Origin: Thermoproteota archaeon
GTDB lineage: Archaea > Korarchaeota > Korarchaeia > B14-G2
Length of the DNA: 34,259 bases
Reading direction: 5' to 3'
NCBI GenBank assembly: GCA_037917675.1
Contig: JAVCBW010000009.1
Location: forward strand, 1-34,259
The translations under genes were made by a program, and so were the position numbers. The notes under the pieces were generated by a model. It was not told the origin of the DNA and made no database searches. It was given only the letters and a program-made list of their open reading frames with translations. Position 1 is the stretch's first letter; the number at the start of each line of letters is the position of its first letter. This document shows, piece by piece, positions 33,946 through 34,259 of the stretch.

Positions 33946-34259
33946 GGAGCTATGGTCTTGCTGGCAATAGCCTGCATATCGATCCTAGGGGGATACGCTA
34001 CACTCTAGGCCCATTTATCAGGACGCTAGCATACACAATAAGCTAGAGGCACTTAGGATCAGTCTAGAAGCCAAACTAGTAGCCCTAGTGTGGTATTCGG
34101 TTTGCTGCTGATAGCTCTCATACTGGTGCTGCCAGCAGGCTTGTGCAGCATAGAGAGGCTTCTCCCCAAAGAGGTGGTGAAGTAGCAGACAGAACTTAAA
34201 CATTTAAAGCTCAGCGTATTTAGGGGGGAACTTGCTGGAATGCTATAACAGGAAGGTTC

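Noticed and set aside
34018-34259. 61-aa minus ORF and a possible gene start at TTG 34232
   Set aside because: The ORF has no recognisable features; the plus-strand start (TTTAAA at 34203, G-rich RBS) leaves only 9 codons in the window, too few to call.

Overview
Archaeal DNA, probably from a thermophilic TACK-group lineage. This is inferred from GGAGGTG ribosome-binding sites, TATA-type promoters, archaeal class III signal peptides, a CDC48 gene and a strong AGCT/CTAG-rich signature. The main feature is a translationally coupled 14-gene, ~13 kb archaeal type IV pilus / Tad-like operon (1807-14818). It contains two duplicated pilins, about six minor pilin-like genes, a VirB11/FlaI-type ATPase and a TadC/FlaJ-type platform protein. 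It also carries unusual cargo: a secreted protein with a predicted ~110-residue in-register beta-hairpin, a protein with an S-layer-type C-terminal domain, a lipoprotein C39-like cysteine peptidase and a multi-TM protein. The rest of the window holds DUF998, speE, a dead IS607-family element, a GT-C glycosyltransferase-like gene, a DUF389 fusion protein, tatD, a creatininase-family gene, a decayed vapBC pair, a frameshifted Ig-domain gene fused to a 5'-truncated CDC48 with a Zn-ribbon insert, an ABC-2 exporter operon, a double-Lrp-like regulator and a livF fragment. In the IS607 element tnpB is frameshifted, the right-end omega-RNA structure looks intact, and the tnpA tail supplies the C-terminus of the neighbouring GT-C gene. 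No rRNA, tRNA or CRISPR array was seen. All family calls are by eye from motifs; no searches were run.
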